Positions 18,439 to 27,063 of a DNA stretch of 35,307 nucleotides are shown in pieces. How positions within the stretch are numbered: the stretch's first letter is position 1; each line of letters begins with the position of its first letter. Made by a program: the position numbers and the translations under genes. The stretch is from Armatimonadota bacterium (GTDB lineage: Bacteria > Armatimonadota > SYMT01), in NCBI GenBank assembly GCA_046292385.1, contig JBKBRF010000062.1, positions 1-35,307 on the forward strand, in the 5' to 3' direction. Below the pieces are notes generated by a model, which was not told the origin of the DNA, did not search any database, and saw only the letters and a program-made list of their open reading frames with translations.

Positions 18439-19035
18439 GTGAAGCTTGTGGCCCGTCTCTTCAACCTGGCTGCCGGCGCGGACCGCCTGGGAGCCGTGCT
18501 GGCGCGCCTGGGCCTGATCGTGGTGCTGCTCTGGATCGGAGGGCTCAAGGCCTTTCCGTACGAGGCAGACGGGATCGTGCCGTTCATGGCCAATAGCCCG
18601 GTGATGAGCTTCCTCTACCGCTACGAGGCGCCCGAGTACCGGCAGCACATGAACAAGGAAGGCGAGCTCATCCCCGCCAACCGGGAGTGGCACCGGCAGA
18701 ACCGCACTTATCTCTTCTCGTACGGCCTGGGAGCGGTCATCGTGCTCTTCGGCCTGATGCTCTGCCTGCACCCCTGGCTGCCGCAGGTCGCCGCGGTGGG
18801 GAGCTTCCTCGTGGTGCTGATGAGCTTCGTCACCCTGTCGTTCCTCATCACCACCCCGGAATGCTGGGTCCCCGCGCTCGGCGACGAGCACCACGGCTTT
18901 CCGTACTTGAGTGGTCGCGGGCGGCTGGTGGTGAAGGACGCCATCATGCTCGGCGCGGCGGTGGTGACGATGGCGGACTCGGCCCGCTGCTACCTTCAGA
19001 AGTCCGCAGCCGCGCGGGCCGGCGTGCCCGCGTAG
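18439..19035 (+). CDS. YkgB/RclC (DUF417) family membrane protein
   Basis: LLWIGGLK..YEADGIVPFMANSP.MSFLY, TLSFLITTP, G.GRLVVKD. Confidence 0.9.
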   Translation: MKLVARLFNLAAGADRLGAVLARLGLIVVLLWIGGLKAFPYEADGIVPFMANSPVMSFLYRYEAPEYRQHMNKEGELIPANREWHRQNRTYLFSYGLGAVIVLFGLMLCLHPWLPQVAAVGSFLVVLMSFVTLSFLITTPECWVPALGDEHHGFPYLSGRGRLVVKDAIMLGAAVVTMADSARCYLQKSAAARAGVPA

Positions 19036-19100
19036 CTGCCGGCGGAGAGGCGCGGCGGCGAGTCGCCGGGCCTCGGCCGCGTCCGGTGCGCCGCGCGCGC

Positions 19101-19442
19101 TCAGTACCGCGCCTCTCCGCCGATCTTCTGTACGATCGTGCCCTGCGGCCCGAGGTCCTCCTCCGGGTTCACCGGGTCCGGCTCTTCCCGCAGTAGCACG
19201 TCCGGCGCCTGCGTGTTGCCGCCCAGCGTCCCGGCGAAGGCGGGATCGACCACCTCCGCGTGCCCCTCCGAATCGGTGGCGAGCACCCCCGCGCGGTCGC
19301 TGCGGTGCCGCTCGTGGAGCGGCGTGGTCTGGTCGCCGGGCGCTTCCACGGTCTCCGCCTGCGGGTCGGCCGCCGAGAACTGGTCCCCGATCTCCTTCAG
19401 CGGCCGGTCGTCTACCAGCCTGTCGTCCGTCTCCTGTGCCAT
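19101..19442 (-). CDS. acidic hydrophilic hypothetical protein, 113 aa
   Basis: GAGGGGAG SD before ATG 19442; GC3 bias; D/E/P/G-rich. Confidence 0.65.
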   Translation of the reverse strand: MAQETDDRLVDDRPLKEIGDQFSAADPQAETVEAPGDQTTPLHERHRSDRAGVLATDSEGHAEVVDPAFAGTLGGNTQAPDVLLREEPDPVNPEEDLGPQGTIVQKIGGEARY

Positions 19443-19491
19443 CCGGTCTCCCCTCCCGCGCGCGTAAGCTTTTGCCGAGCTACCGGATGCG

Positions 19492-19725
19492 TTAGTCGCC
19501 GCCAACGCCGGGTCCGTCCGGATGGGTGCTGCGGACGTGGCTCTCGTCAAGCCCTTCCGGTCTGCGACTCGCCCCGGCCGCCCCGCGCCCGGCGGGCGGG
19601 GCTCCTTCCGGCACGCCGTCTTCCGTCTTCCCGTACGTACCCGCGGGGGTCGTCTCCCCGTTGATGATCTCGTCTTCGTCCAGAACGCCCGTATTCTGGG
19701 GGATCTGCCTGCCCTCGCTCGTCAT
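19492..19725 (-). CDS. small hydrophilic hypothetical protein, 77 aa
   Basis: GAGGAG SD before ATG 19725; G/P/E-rich. Confidence 0.6.
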   Translation of the reverse strand: MTSEGRQIPQNTGVLDEDEIINGETTPAGTYGKTEDGVPEGAPPAGRGAAGASRRPEGLDESHVRSTHPDGPGVGGD

Positions 19726-19847
19726 GATCCCGCTCCTCTCACGTGCCCGCCGCGGGCGGCACTGTTTCGACATGACCTTCCCGGGCGGAAGACCGGCGAA
19801 ACGCCCGCGATCGGGGCGAGTGGAGGGACGGGCCGGAGCGTCGGAGG

Positions 19848-20714
19848 CTATCCCTTCACCGCTCCGGCCGTGAGGCCGGCGCTGATCTGGCGCTGGAAGA
19901 GGATGTAGACCAGCATCGTGGGGATCAGCACGATGAGCAGCGCCGCGAAGAGGGCGCCGAAGTCGACGCTGTACTGCTGCCGTTGGGTGATCTGCGCCAG
20001 GCCGAGCGGCAGGGTGTAGCGCTCCCGCTCCGTCACCAGCACCAGGGCGAGCGGGTACTCGTTCCAGATGCCGATCACGTTGAAGACGCCCGCCACCACC
20101 AGGCCGGGCCGCGCGAGCGGAAGCATCACCTGGAGGAACGTCTGCCAGCGAGAGGCGCCGTCGATGGCGGCGGCCTCCGCCAGCTCGTGCGGCAGGTTGC
20201 GGAAGAAGCCGGAGAGGACGAAGACGGTGAACGGGAGGGAGTAGGCGACGTAGACTGCGAGCAGACCCAGGTAGAGCGGATGGTCGACGAACCCGCGCGG
20301 CGCCACCATCGGGATGCGCGCCTGGTTGAGCAGCAGGAAGAGCGGAACGACGGCCAGGAAGATCGGAAAGACCATCCCGCCGATGAAGGTGTTGAGCAGC
20401 AGGTCCGCGCCCCGGAAGCGGAAGCGGGTGAGCGCGTAGGTCGCCATGGAGCCGATCGCCAGGATCAGGACGACGGAGACGACCGTCAGGATCACGCTGT
20501 TCCCGAAGTAGCGGCCCAACCCGGGCTCGCCCTCCATCCCGTTCCAGGCGTGCCAGAAGTTGATCCACTGGGCGGAGGTGGGCAGCGACCAGGCGTTCTC
20601 GAAGATCTCCTTGGTCGTCTTGAGCGAGGTGATCACCAGCCACCCGAGCGGCAGCAGGATCAGCGCGGAGTAGAAGACGAGCGCGGCGTAGAGGAGCGGG
20701 TGGTGGCGCTTCAT
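19848..20714 (-). CDS. carbohydrate ABC transporter permease (MalG-like)
   Basis: TSLKT, ELAEAAAIDGAS (EAA motif), WNEY, TLPLGL, GLTAGAVKG. Confidence 0.95.
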   Translation of the reverse strand: MKRHHPLLYAALVFYSALILLPLGWLVITSLKTTKEIFENAWSLPTSAQWINFWHAWNGMEGEPGLGRYFGNSVILTVVSVVLILAIGSMATYALTRFRFRGADLLLNTFIGGMVFPIFLAVVPLFLLLNQARIPMVAPRGFVDHPLYLGLLAVYVAYSLPFTVFVLSGFFRNLPHELAEAAAIDGASRWQTFLQVMLPLARPGLVVAGVFNVIGIWNEYPLALVLVTERERYTLPLGLAQITQRQQYSVDFGALFAALLIVLIPTMLVYILFQRQISAGLTAGAVKG

Positions 20715-20718
20715 CGGT

Positions 20719-21621
20719 CTACTTTCCCGTCTTCCAGAGCCGCTGCAGCAGCAGCGTGACCGCCATCACCACCACGAAGTTGACCGTGCCGATGGCGGTG
20801 GAGTAGCCGAACTGCTGCTCCACGAAGCCCTTCTGGTAGAGGTAGGTGAGCGCCACTTCCGATTCATTCGCGGTGCCGCTGGGCGGCGCCATGATCCAGA
20901 CCAGCGCGAAGAGGTTGAAGCAGTTGATCAGCAGATAGATCACCGCCAGCCGGACGATGTCGTTCAGCAGGGGCAGCGTGACCAGCCAGAACTGCTGGGT
21001 GCCGGTGGCGCCGTCGATCTGCGCCGCCTCGCTCACCTCCGCGGAGATGCTCTGGATCCCCGCCCGGAAGAGCAGCACGTAGAAGCCGAGCACGTACCAG
21101 ACGTAAGTCACCGCGAGCGAGGGGAGCACCGTCTCCGGCTTGGCGAGCCAGATCTTCGGGTCCTTCGGGTCGGCCAGGCCGAGCAGCTCCAGGCTGTCGT
21201 TGATCAGCCCCCACTGCGGGTTGTACAGGAACATCCAGAGCGTGGAGACGGCGACGATGGAGACGACGTTCGGGAAGAGGAAGACCGCCCGGAAGAACTC
21301 CGCTCCCCGCAGGTTTTGGGACATCGCGTTCGCGAAGAAGAGCGCCAGCACCAGCGTGCTCACCGCGACCATCACGAAGAAGACGAAGTTGTGCCAGAGC
21401 GCGGCGCGGAACCGCTCGTCCTGCAGCAGGAACTGGTAGTTCTCGAACCAGACGAACACCATGTTCCCGGAGAGGCCCCGCCACCGGTGCAGCGAGACGT
21501 AGAACGACTGCACCATCGGCCAGAGCACCAGCAGGCCGTAGAGCAGCAGCCCCGGCGCCAGCAGCGCCGCGATGAACCCCGCCTCTCCCCAATCTCGCTT
21601 CCGAGCGACAGCCCGTCCCAA
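20719..21621 (-). CDS. carbohydrate ABC transporter permease (MalF-like)
   Basis: FVWFENY, FRAVFLFP, SEAAQIDGA (EAA motif), FGYSTA; TTG start is tentative. Confidence 0.93.
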   Translation of the reverse strand: MGRAVARKRDWGEAGFIAALLAPGLLLYGLLVLWPMVQSFYVSLHRWRGLSGNMVFVWFENYQFLLQDERFRAALWHNFVFFVMVAVSTLVLALFFANAMSQNLRGAEFFRAVFLFPNVVSIVAVSTLWMFLYNPQWGLINDSLELLGLADPKDPKIWLAKPETVLPSLAVTYVWYVLGFYVLLFRAGIQSISAEVSEAAQIDGATGTQQFWLVTLPLLNDIVRLAVIYLLINCFNLFALVWIMAPPSGTANESEVALTYLYQKGFVEQQFGYSTAIGTVNFVVVMAVTLLLQRLWKTGK

Positions 21622-21704
21622 GCATCCCTCCCGTTCCCGACGCCAGTTCCTGATCGCGCCCGCTACGGCGATTCACCACGGGGAATGTCGGGTCCTCGCG
21701 CGGA

Positions 21705-21870
21705 GGGGCGTATTGCGTATTCCGTATTCCGTAGGGGGCGGCTTCTCCCGCTTCACAACGCGTCGTGCCGGGCGGAGCGTCTTAACAGCTTCTCGCCCGG
21801 CACGACGTATGGGAGAGCGGAGTAGGCCTACCGCTACGGAATACGCAATACGCGATACGCAACACGCCCC
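21705..21870. repeat. MITE/REP-like element, CGTATT heptamer family, copy 1
   Basis: arms 21705-21734 and 21834-21870; inner perfect 14-bp IR cgtcgtgccgggcg (21761-21774 / 21794-21807). Confidence 0.8.
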
Positions 21871-21923
21871 CACCGCGAGCGCGCCACCTCCTCGCACGGC
21901 AGAGAGACCATCCGTGAAAGCCG

Positions 21924-22268
21924 CTACGACAACTCCCGACCACACCGGGTGCAGCGGTAGGTGCCGGCGGCGTGCGGCTCGTCGCACCAGCCGCAGTAAG
22001 GGGCGGCCTCCTCGTCCACGGTGTCGCGGTACGGCTCTTCCGGCTCCGGAGGTGGGGCCTCCCAGAGGCGGCTCAGGTCGTACCGAGAGTCCCGGTGGCG
22101 CTTCCAGGCGAGGACGAAGCAGGCCGCGCCTCCGAAAAGCAGCGCCAGGGCGAGGAACCGGACGCCGGGGAAGGGCAGCCAGCCGGCGAGCGCGGCGAGG
22201 GCGATCAGCGCGATACCGGCCGCCACGAGTGAGAAAGCTCCGTTGGGATGGCGGAAGAGGTCGAACAT
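21924..22268 (-). CDS. small 2-TM protein with C-terminal zinc ribbon
   Basis: two TM helices, then YCGWC...YRCTRCG. Confidence 0.75.
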   Translation of the reverse strand: MFDLFRHPNGAFSLVAAGIALIALAALAGWLPFPGVRFLALALLFGGAACFVLAWKRHRDSRYDLSRLWEAPPPEPEEPYRDTVDEEAAPYCGWCDEPHAAGTYRCTRCGRELS

Positions 22269-22273
22269 CGTCA

Positions 22274-23968
22274 CTACTTCCCTATCACGCGGAGCTCCAG
22301 ACGGGCCGAAAGAGCGGTCGCGCCCGGGGCGAGCGGATAACGGGCGATGAGCTGCTTCGCGTCCGGATCGTAGGCCAGCTCTCCGCCGCTGCTGGCGAGG
22401 ACCAGCCGCACGCCGCTGCGGGCCAGCGCCGCCCGGGCGCCGTCCGCGTCGGAGGTGAGGTACTTCCCGCCGGCCTCGATGGCGCTCGTAACGCCGCCGG
22501 CGGACCACTCCCAGCCTTCCGCCTCGAACGGCAGCCGGATCTCCACCGCTCCGGCGGCACCGCTCTCCGCGCTCCTCGCCATCAGCTCGATCGTCAGGAG
22601 ATCTCCGTCGATGCGGTAGGTCGTCGTGGCGCTCCCGGCCGCGGACTGCAGGCGGTGGATCAGGCTGTTCCGCTCCTGGGTGACGCTCCCTCCCCGGAGA
22701 GGCTGCACCTCGTCGCCGCGGCGCACCACGACCCCGCCGCTTACACCGGGAGGGGGCTGACCCGCCAGCCGCAATTGCGCGAGCCTGCCCTCCGGGTCGA
22801 GCGCGATCAGCAGGCGGTCCCCGCGGCCGATGAACCGCAGGGCGGGGGCCTGGCCGGGGCGGGAGCCTGCCGCTGGCCCGCCTCCGCCGCGGAGGGCACG
22901 GGCGATCATCTCTGCCATCACCAGGCGCCGCTGCTGATACTGCGGCTCCGGCATCTTGCGCAGCTCGTCGAGCATCCGGAGCACCTGGTCGGCGCCGGGC
23001 GCCGGCATCGCGATCGGCGGCGTGCCGCCGGGACGGACGGGCTGCGGTTGGCCTGGCGGCGGGGTGCTTCCGGCCGTCGCCGGAGGCGTCGGGGTAGTGG
23101 CTCCGGGGGGCAGCGGCTTGAGCTGCGGCAGCATACTCCGGATCTGCTGCAGCAGCCGCTCCGCGCGACGGGTGTCCTCGCCCTGGAAGGCGCCGCGGAG
23201 CCCCATCACCATCGGCATCAGGGGGCGCACGTCTTTACCCTGGCGGTGCGCGGCGATCACCTGCCTCACGAGAGGCGGGACGCTCAACAGGACGCCCCGA
23301 CGCTCCGGACCGACCTGCTCCGCCATCCGGGGGAGAATCTGCATCGCCTGCTCTAGCTGCGCGATCTGCTGATCGGAGATCGGCGGCAGCGCGGCGGCAG
23401 CGGGGGCCGGGTCTTCGGCCGCGGCCGTTCGGAAGCCGGGACGGAGCGGCGCCGACTGGAGCAGGCCGGGGATCGTGCCAAAACGCTCCAGCGCCGCCTT
23501 TCGATCCCCCTTCCGGGCCGCGGCGGCCACTTCCACGAGGGCGTCCCGCGCGGCGGTGATGTCGAAGCCCTGCTCCTGCTTGCGGCTCACCTCCGCCAGC
23601 ACCTGCCGCATCCGCTCGCGCTCCTTCGACCCCGGCGGCCAGAGACTGTCAGTCGAGAGGCTCTTTCCGACTACCTCCGGCTCCGGATCGGCCTCGTCTT
23701 CCGCCTGGAGCGCCTGGATGCGCCGCAGCGCCTCGGTCAGCTCGCCGCGGTTGAGACGGCGGCGGACCTCCGCCCGCGCCACCTTCATCGCCGCCGCGCG
23801 CTCGGGATTCTCTTCCTCCAGGCGCTGGATCTCCGCCTCCAGTCGGGAGTACTCCCGCATTACAGCCTGCGCATCGGCGTAGCGGCCGCCCTGCCAGACC
23901 CAGAGGCCCAGGAGCAGCGCCGCCACCAGTCCGAGCGCCCCCGCGAGGATCCGCTCCCGAAGATTCAT
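22274..23968 (-). CDS. N-terminally anchored exported hypothetical protein, 564 aa
   Basis: GGAGG SD; N-terminal TM, helical/coiled-coil region, Pro-rich linker, beta-rich C-terminus; ATGA overlap with the upstream gene. Confidence 0.75.
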   Translation of the reverse strand: MNLRERILAGALGLVAALLLGLWVWQGGRYADAQAVMREYSRLEAEIQRLEEENPERAAAMKVARAEVRRRLNRGELTEALRRIQALQAEDEADPEPEVVGKSLSTDSLWPPGSKERERMRQVLAEVSRKQEQGFDITAARDALVEVAAAARKGDRKAALERFGTIPGLLQSAPLRPGFRTAAAEDPAPAAAALPPISDQQIAQLEQAMQILPRMAEQVGPERRGVLLSVPPLVRQVIAAHRQGKDVRPLMPMVMGLRGAFQGEDTRRAERLLQQIRSMLPQLKPLPPGATTPTPPATAGSTPPPGQPQPVRPGGTPPIAMPAPGADQVLRMLDELRKMPEPQYQQRRLVMAEMIARALRGGGGPAAGSRPGQAPALRFIGRGDRLLIALDPEGRLAQLRLAGQPPPGVSGGVVVRRGDEVQPLRGGSVTQERNSLIHRLQSAAGSATTTYRIDGDLLTIELMARSAESGAAGAVEIRLPFEAEGWEWSAGGVTSAIEAGGKYLTSDADGARAALARSGVRLVLASSGGELAYDPDAKQLIARYPLAPGATALSARLELRVIGK

Positions 23969-25845
23969 CGGCCCAACCTCCGGCGGATCGCCCCACCGGG
24001 TCCACGCCGAGTGCCCCGGAGCGGCGGGTTGAGCTTCAAAAGCTGACCCACCGCGCTCGGATGCAGGTGGAAGCGGCCGAGCGGCTCCGGGCTCGCGGCC
24101 AGCTCCCGGCCGTCGGCGCCCAGGGCAACCACCCGGTGCTCGAACTGCGCCACCGTAGCAAGCTGAGGCGTGTCCGGCGAAAGCTCCAGTAGCGGCAGCT
24201 CCACTTCGGTCGCCTCCGTCTCCGCGGTCCAGAAGATGCGGCGCTGCTCGTAGAGCGCTCGCTGCTCCGGCGACATCGGCTTGTTCCGGTAGAGATTCAT
24301 CCGGCCGAGGAGGCCGCTTTCGGAAACCTCCACCCGGTAGCGCGCGGCGCTCGGCCACGGCCGCCACCGGAGTCGAACGGCGCTGCGCTCCGCCGTCAGC
24401 TCGCCGAAGGTGCCGGGCGACACCGCCCGCGTAAAGTGCAGGTCCGGGAGGCGCTTCGGCCGATCGGCCACTTCCACGGGAGCGGCAAAGGAGCTGCTCT
24501 CCTGACTCTCCGCGGGGCGGATCGGACCTTTCCCCGGTTCCGGCTCCAGCGGGTAGGCGACGGAGAGATGGTAGGTATCCGCCACCAGTCCTTCCACCCG
24601 GAAGCGGCCGGAGGTATCGGTGCGCGCGCGGAAGCCGGAGACCCCGCTGGAGAGGAGCTCCCGCATCCGCCCCCCGGGCCGGGGAGGCTCGGTAGAGAGC
24701 AGTACCTCCACGCCCGGCAGGGGTTTCCCGTCCAGCAGCGCCCGCCCGGTCACCACCTGCTCCCTGGCGCGCGGCGGCGCGCCGGGATACGGAACCTCCA
24801 CCGCCTTGAAGAGCTCCGAGAGCCAGGCTTCACTCCGGACGCGCTCCAGCTCCTCGCGGGACTCCCGGAAGTCACGGCGGATCCGCTCTTCGAGTGACGG
24901 GAAGCCGCGCAGCCGCTGTACCTCATACGCCGCGGCCGCGAGCTGCGTGGCGGCGGTCTCCGGCCGGTCCATGCGCAGCACGAGCCCGGCGAGGTCGACC
25001 CGGAAGCCGAGGATGTCGACGGTTTCGCGCGCCGGGAGCGCGCGGCTGCCGTACTCCTCCCGCGCGCGCCGCTCCGAGATCGCCAGCGCCTGCGCGCGGT
25101 AGCGAGCCATCTCCTCCAGGCGCCCCTCCTGCTCCGCCAGGCGATAGAGCGCCTCCGCGGCCTCGATCGCTTCCGCCGAGCCCGGATACTCCCGCATGAT
25201 CCGCGCGTATCCTTCCCGCGCGGCGGCGGCGCTCGACTGCTGCGCCTCGGCGCGCACCACCCGCAGCAGCGCCGCGGCCGCCTGGGGGCTGTCCGGGTAC
25301 TCGTCGACCAGCCGCTGAGCCGCCAGGCGGGAGTGCTGGAGGTCCGGCAGCGCTCCCAGCGCCCAGGAGCCGTCCGGCCGCTGGATCGCCAGCGCGTGGC
25401 TCGGCCGCTCCCGGGCGGCGACGATGCCGAGGACCGAGCCGAACTGGCCGTACTGGTAGGCGTCGTCGAGCGCTTCTTCCGCGAAGAGGCTGTACGGGTA
25501 CCGCGCCGGGAGTCGCAGCAGCTCCTGCTCCCGCTGCCGGGCATAGTCGCTCAGCGCGGCCTGCGGATTGCTCGTGGTGAGGGCGCCGAGCGAGGGTAGC
25601 TCTCCCAGGAAGTCCCGAAAGTCCGGCCCGAAGATCCAGGTCTGGCTCAGGAGCGAGTCGAGTGCGAACTGGTGCTGGTAGTACGGCAGCGGGATGCGCC
25701 GCTCGAAGCGGGTGAGGTCGTGCGTCTGCGCGTAGACGAGCTTATAGGCCGCTCCTACCCAGAAGTAGCAGAGAATCAGCAGCACCAGCTTGCCGCCGGT
25801 GCGCGCCCAGCTCAACAGCCGCCGGCCGAGAGAACGAAGCCGCAT
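23965..25845 (-). CDS. membrane-anchored TPR-like protein with carboxypeptidase-regulatory-like and FN3-like domains, 626 aa
   Basis: LVDEYPDSPQAAAAL and MREYPGSAEA TPR-type motifs; VTGRALLDGKPLPGVEV...TDTSGRFRVEGL..DTY. Confidence 0.75.
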   Translation of the reverse strand: MRLRSLGRRLLSWARTGGKLVLLILCYFWVGAAYKLVYAQTHDLTRFERRIPLPYYQHQFALDSLLSQTWIFGPDFRDFLGELPSLGALTTSNPQAALSDYARQREQELLRLPARYPYSLFAEEALDDAYQYGQFGSVLGIVAARERPSHALAIQRPDGSWALGALPDLQHSRLAAQRLVDEYPDSPQAAAALLRVVRAEAQQSSAAAAREGYARIMREYPGSAEAIEAAEALYRLAEQEGRLEEMARYRAQALAISERRAREEYGSRALPARETVDILGFRVDLAGLVLRMDRPETAATQLAAAAYEVQRLRGFPSLEERIRRDFRESREELERVRSEAWLSELFKAVEVPYPGAPPRAREQVVTGRALLDGKPLPGVEVLLSTEPPRPGGRMRELLSSGVSGFRARTDTSGRFRVEGLVADTYHLSVAYPLEPEPGKGPIRPAESQESSSFAAPVEVADRPKRLPDLHFTRAVSPGTFGELTAERSAVRLRWRPWPSAARYRVEVSESGLLGRMNLYRNKPMSPEQRALYEQRRIFWTAETEATEVELPLLELSPDTPQLATVAQFEHRVVALGADGRELAASPEPLGRFHLHPSAVGQLLKLNPPLRGTRRGPGGAIRRRLGR

Positions 25846-25938
25846 GGTTTGGCGCAGGTTGGCGATCGCAAGAACGCGCCGGCGACCCGCACCGTACCAT
25901 ACGCGCCGCGCACCCCGGGCTCCTCCCGCGGTACGGGA

Positions 25939-26143
25939 CTGAGTGGGTGCAAGGGAGAGTGGGGGAGGCAGAAGGATGAATGATGAGGGATGAATCCGAA
26001 CCTCCCGGGACGGACACTCCTACTCCTTCTCGTTCTCCTTCTCTTTCTCGAAAGCTTGCCGGGCTGCCGCTGCTTCGGCCAAAAGAGCAACGCTCGCGTA
26101 GGCGCTTTCTCCCACTCCCCCTTGCGCCCACTCTCCCACTCAG
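25939..26143. repeat. composite inverted repeat (GAGTGGG arms) with internal short tandem repeats
   Basis: 25939-25967 pairs imperfectly with 26107-26143; internal GGATGAA-like and CTCCTT/CTCGTT-like runs. Confidence 0.6.
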
Positions 26144-26267
26144 TTATCCAAGGGCTCGCCCGCCAACCAGGCTGCGTTTGGGGCCGGCTGCCGGCCGGGT
26201 ACTACCTGCCGCGGGGCGGGCGCGGGCGAGGGCCGTGCCGGAGCCGCCGCGGGAAAGGGAACGCGGA

Positions 26268-26648
26268 ATGCGCACGCCGACTGGTCGCAACCCGGAGCTC
26301 CATCCGGACGACGTGGCCTGGGTGGTGGAGTGGCAGCTGGCCCAGCACTGCCGGTGGGTTCCCGTGGCGGGAGAGAGCCCGGTCGTGGCCGCGCCGCGTC
26401 CGGACGGGAAGTGGTGGCGGGTGCGCATCCGCGCCGGCCGCGCTTCCGTCGACGTCCGGCTCCCGGTCCGGGACCTCGCCCGGGTGGTCCAGTGGTGCCA
26501 CCGCGCTCCGGACTGGCGCACGCTGCATCACCCGCCGGCGCTGGTGCGCCCCAGCCTCGTGTCGCTGCGCACCTGGCTGCGCGCGGCCCTTCGCGACCTG
26601 GATCCGCTGGGGAGCATGGGGTACTCGGCGGGGGCGCGGGAGCGGTAG
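26268..26648 (+). CDS. Trp/Arg-rich hypothetical protein, 126 aa
   Basis: GAAAGGGA upstream of ATG 26268; GC3-rich codons. Confidence 0.55.
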   Translation: MRTPTGRNPELHPDDVAWVVEWQLAQHCRWVPVAGESPVVAAPRPDGKWWRVRIRAGRASVDVRLPVRDLARVVQWCHRAPDWRTLHHPPALVRPSLVSLRTWLRAALRDLDPLGSMGYSAGARER

Positions 26649-26652
26649 GGGA

Positions 26653-26827
26653 GTATTCCGTATCGCGTATTGCGTAGCGTTGGGCTTTCCTGTGTAAATC
26701 GGGACATCGTGCCGGGCGACGCGCTGCGTGGTATTTCTCGGGTTCGATCAGAGGCAGCTCCACGCCCGGCACGACGCCCGGGGAAGCGGTCGCAGCTCGC
26801 CGCTACGCAATACGCGATACGGAATAC
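26653..26827. repeat. MITE/REP-like element, CGTATT heptamer family, copy 2
   Basis: perfect 27-bp terminal IR 26653-26679 / 26801-26827; inner 12-bp IR tcgtgccgggcg (26707-26718 / 26763-26774). Confidence 0.85.
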
Positions 26828-26890
26828 GCCTCCCCTGACACAACTCTCCGCCCGGCGGCATCTCTCCGTTACGGACTACGCGGAGCCGCT

Positions 26891-27047
26891 CGTTCCGGAA
26901 GTTCATGAGGCGGTTGGAGGTTTCCAGCTACTTGGCTGCGGGTAGTCTGGACTTGTCCTCGCAGTCTCCCCCCAAAGGGCGCGAGTGGGCGTGCGTCCGC
27001 TCGTTTGTTCTTGCTCATGGGCCGGATTCCGCCGGTCAGCCGGAACG
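26891..27047 (+). ncRNA. candidate structured leader RNA, no known family recognised
   Basis: closing stem 26891-26898/27040-27047, stem 26901-26909/27014-27022 and three internal hairpins with many G-U pairs on the + strand. Confidence 0.4.
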
Positions 27048-27063
27048 ATAGGAGAGGTGAACC

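Noticed and set aside
26869..27018. 49-aa minus-strand ORF as a type I toxin or leader peptide
   Set aside because: No clear SD, not hydrophobic, and it overlaps the structure that favours the + strand
26891..27047. Known riboswitch (c-di-AMP, cobalamin, c-di-GMP) or 6S RNA
   Set aside because: Conserved cores not recognised on either strand; the fold is branched rather than a 6S-like rod
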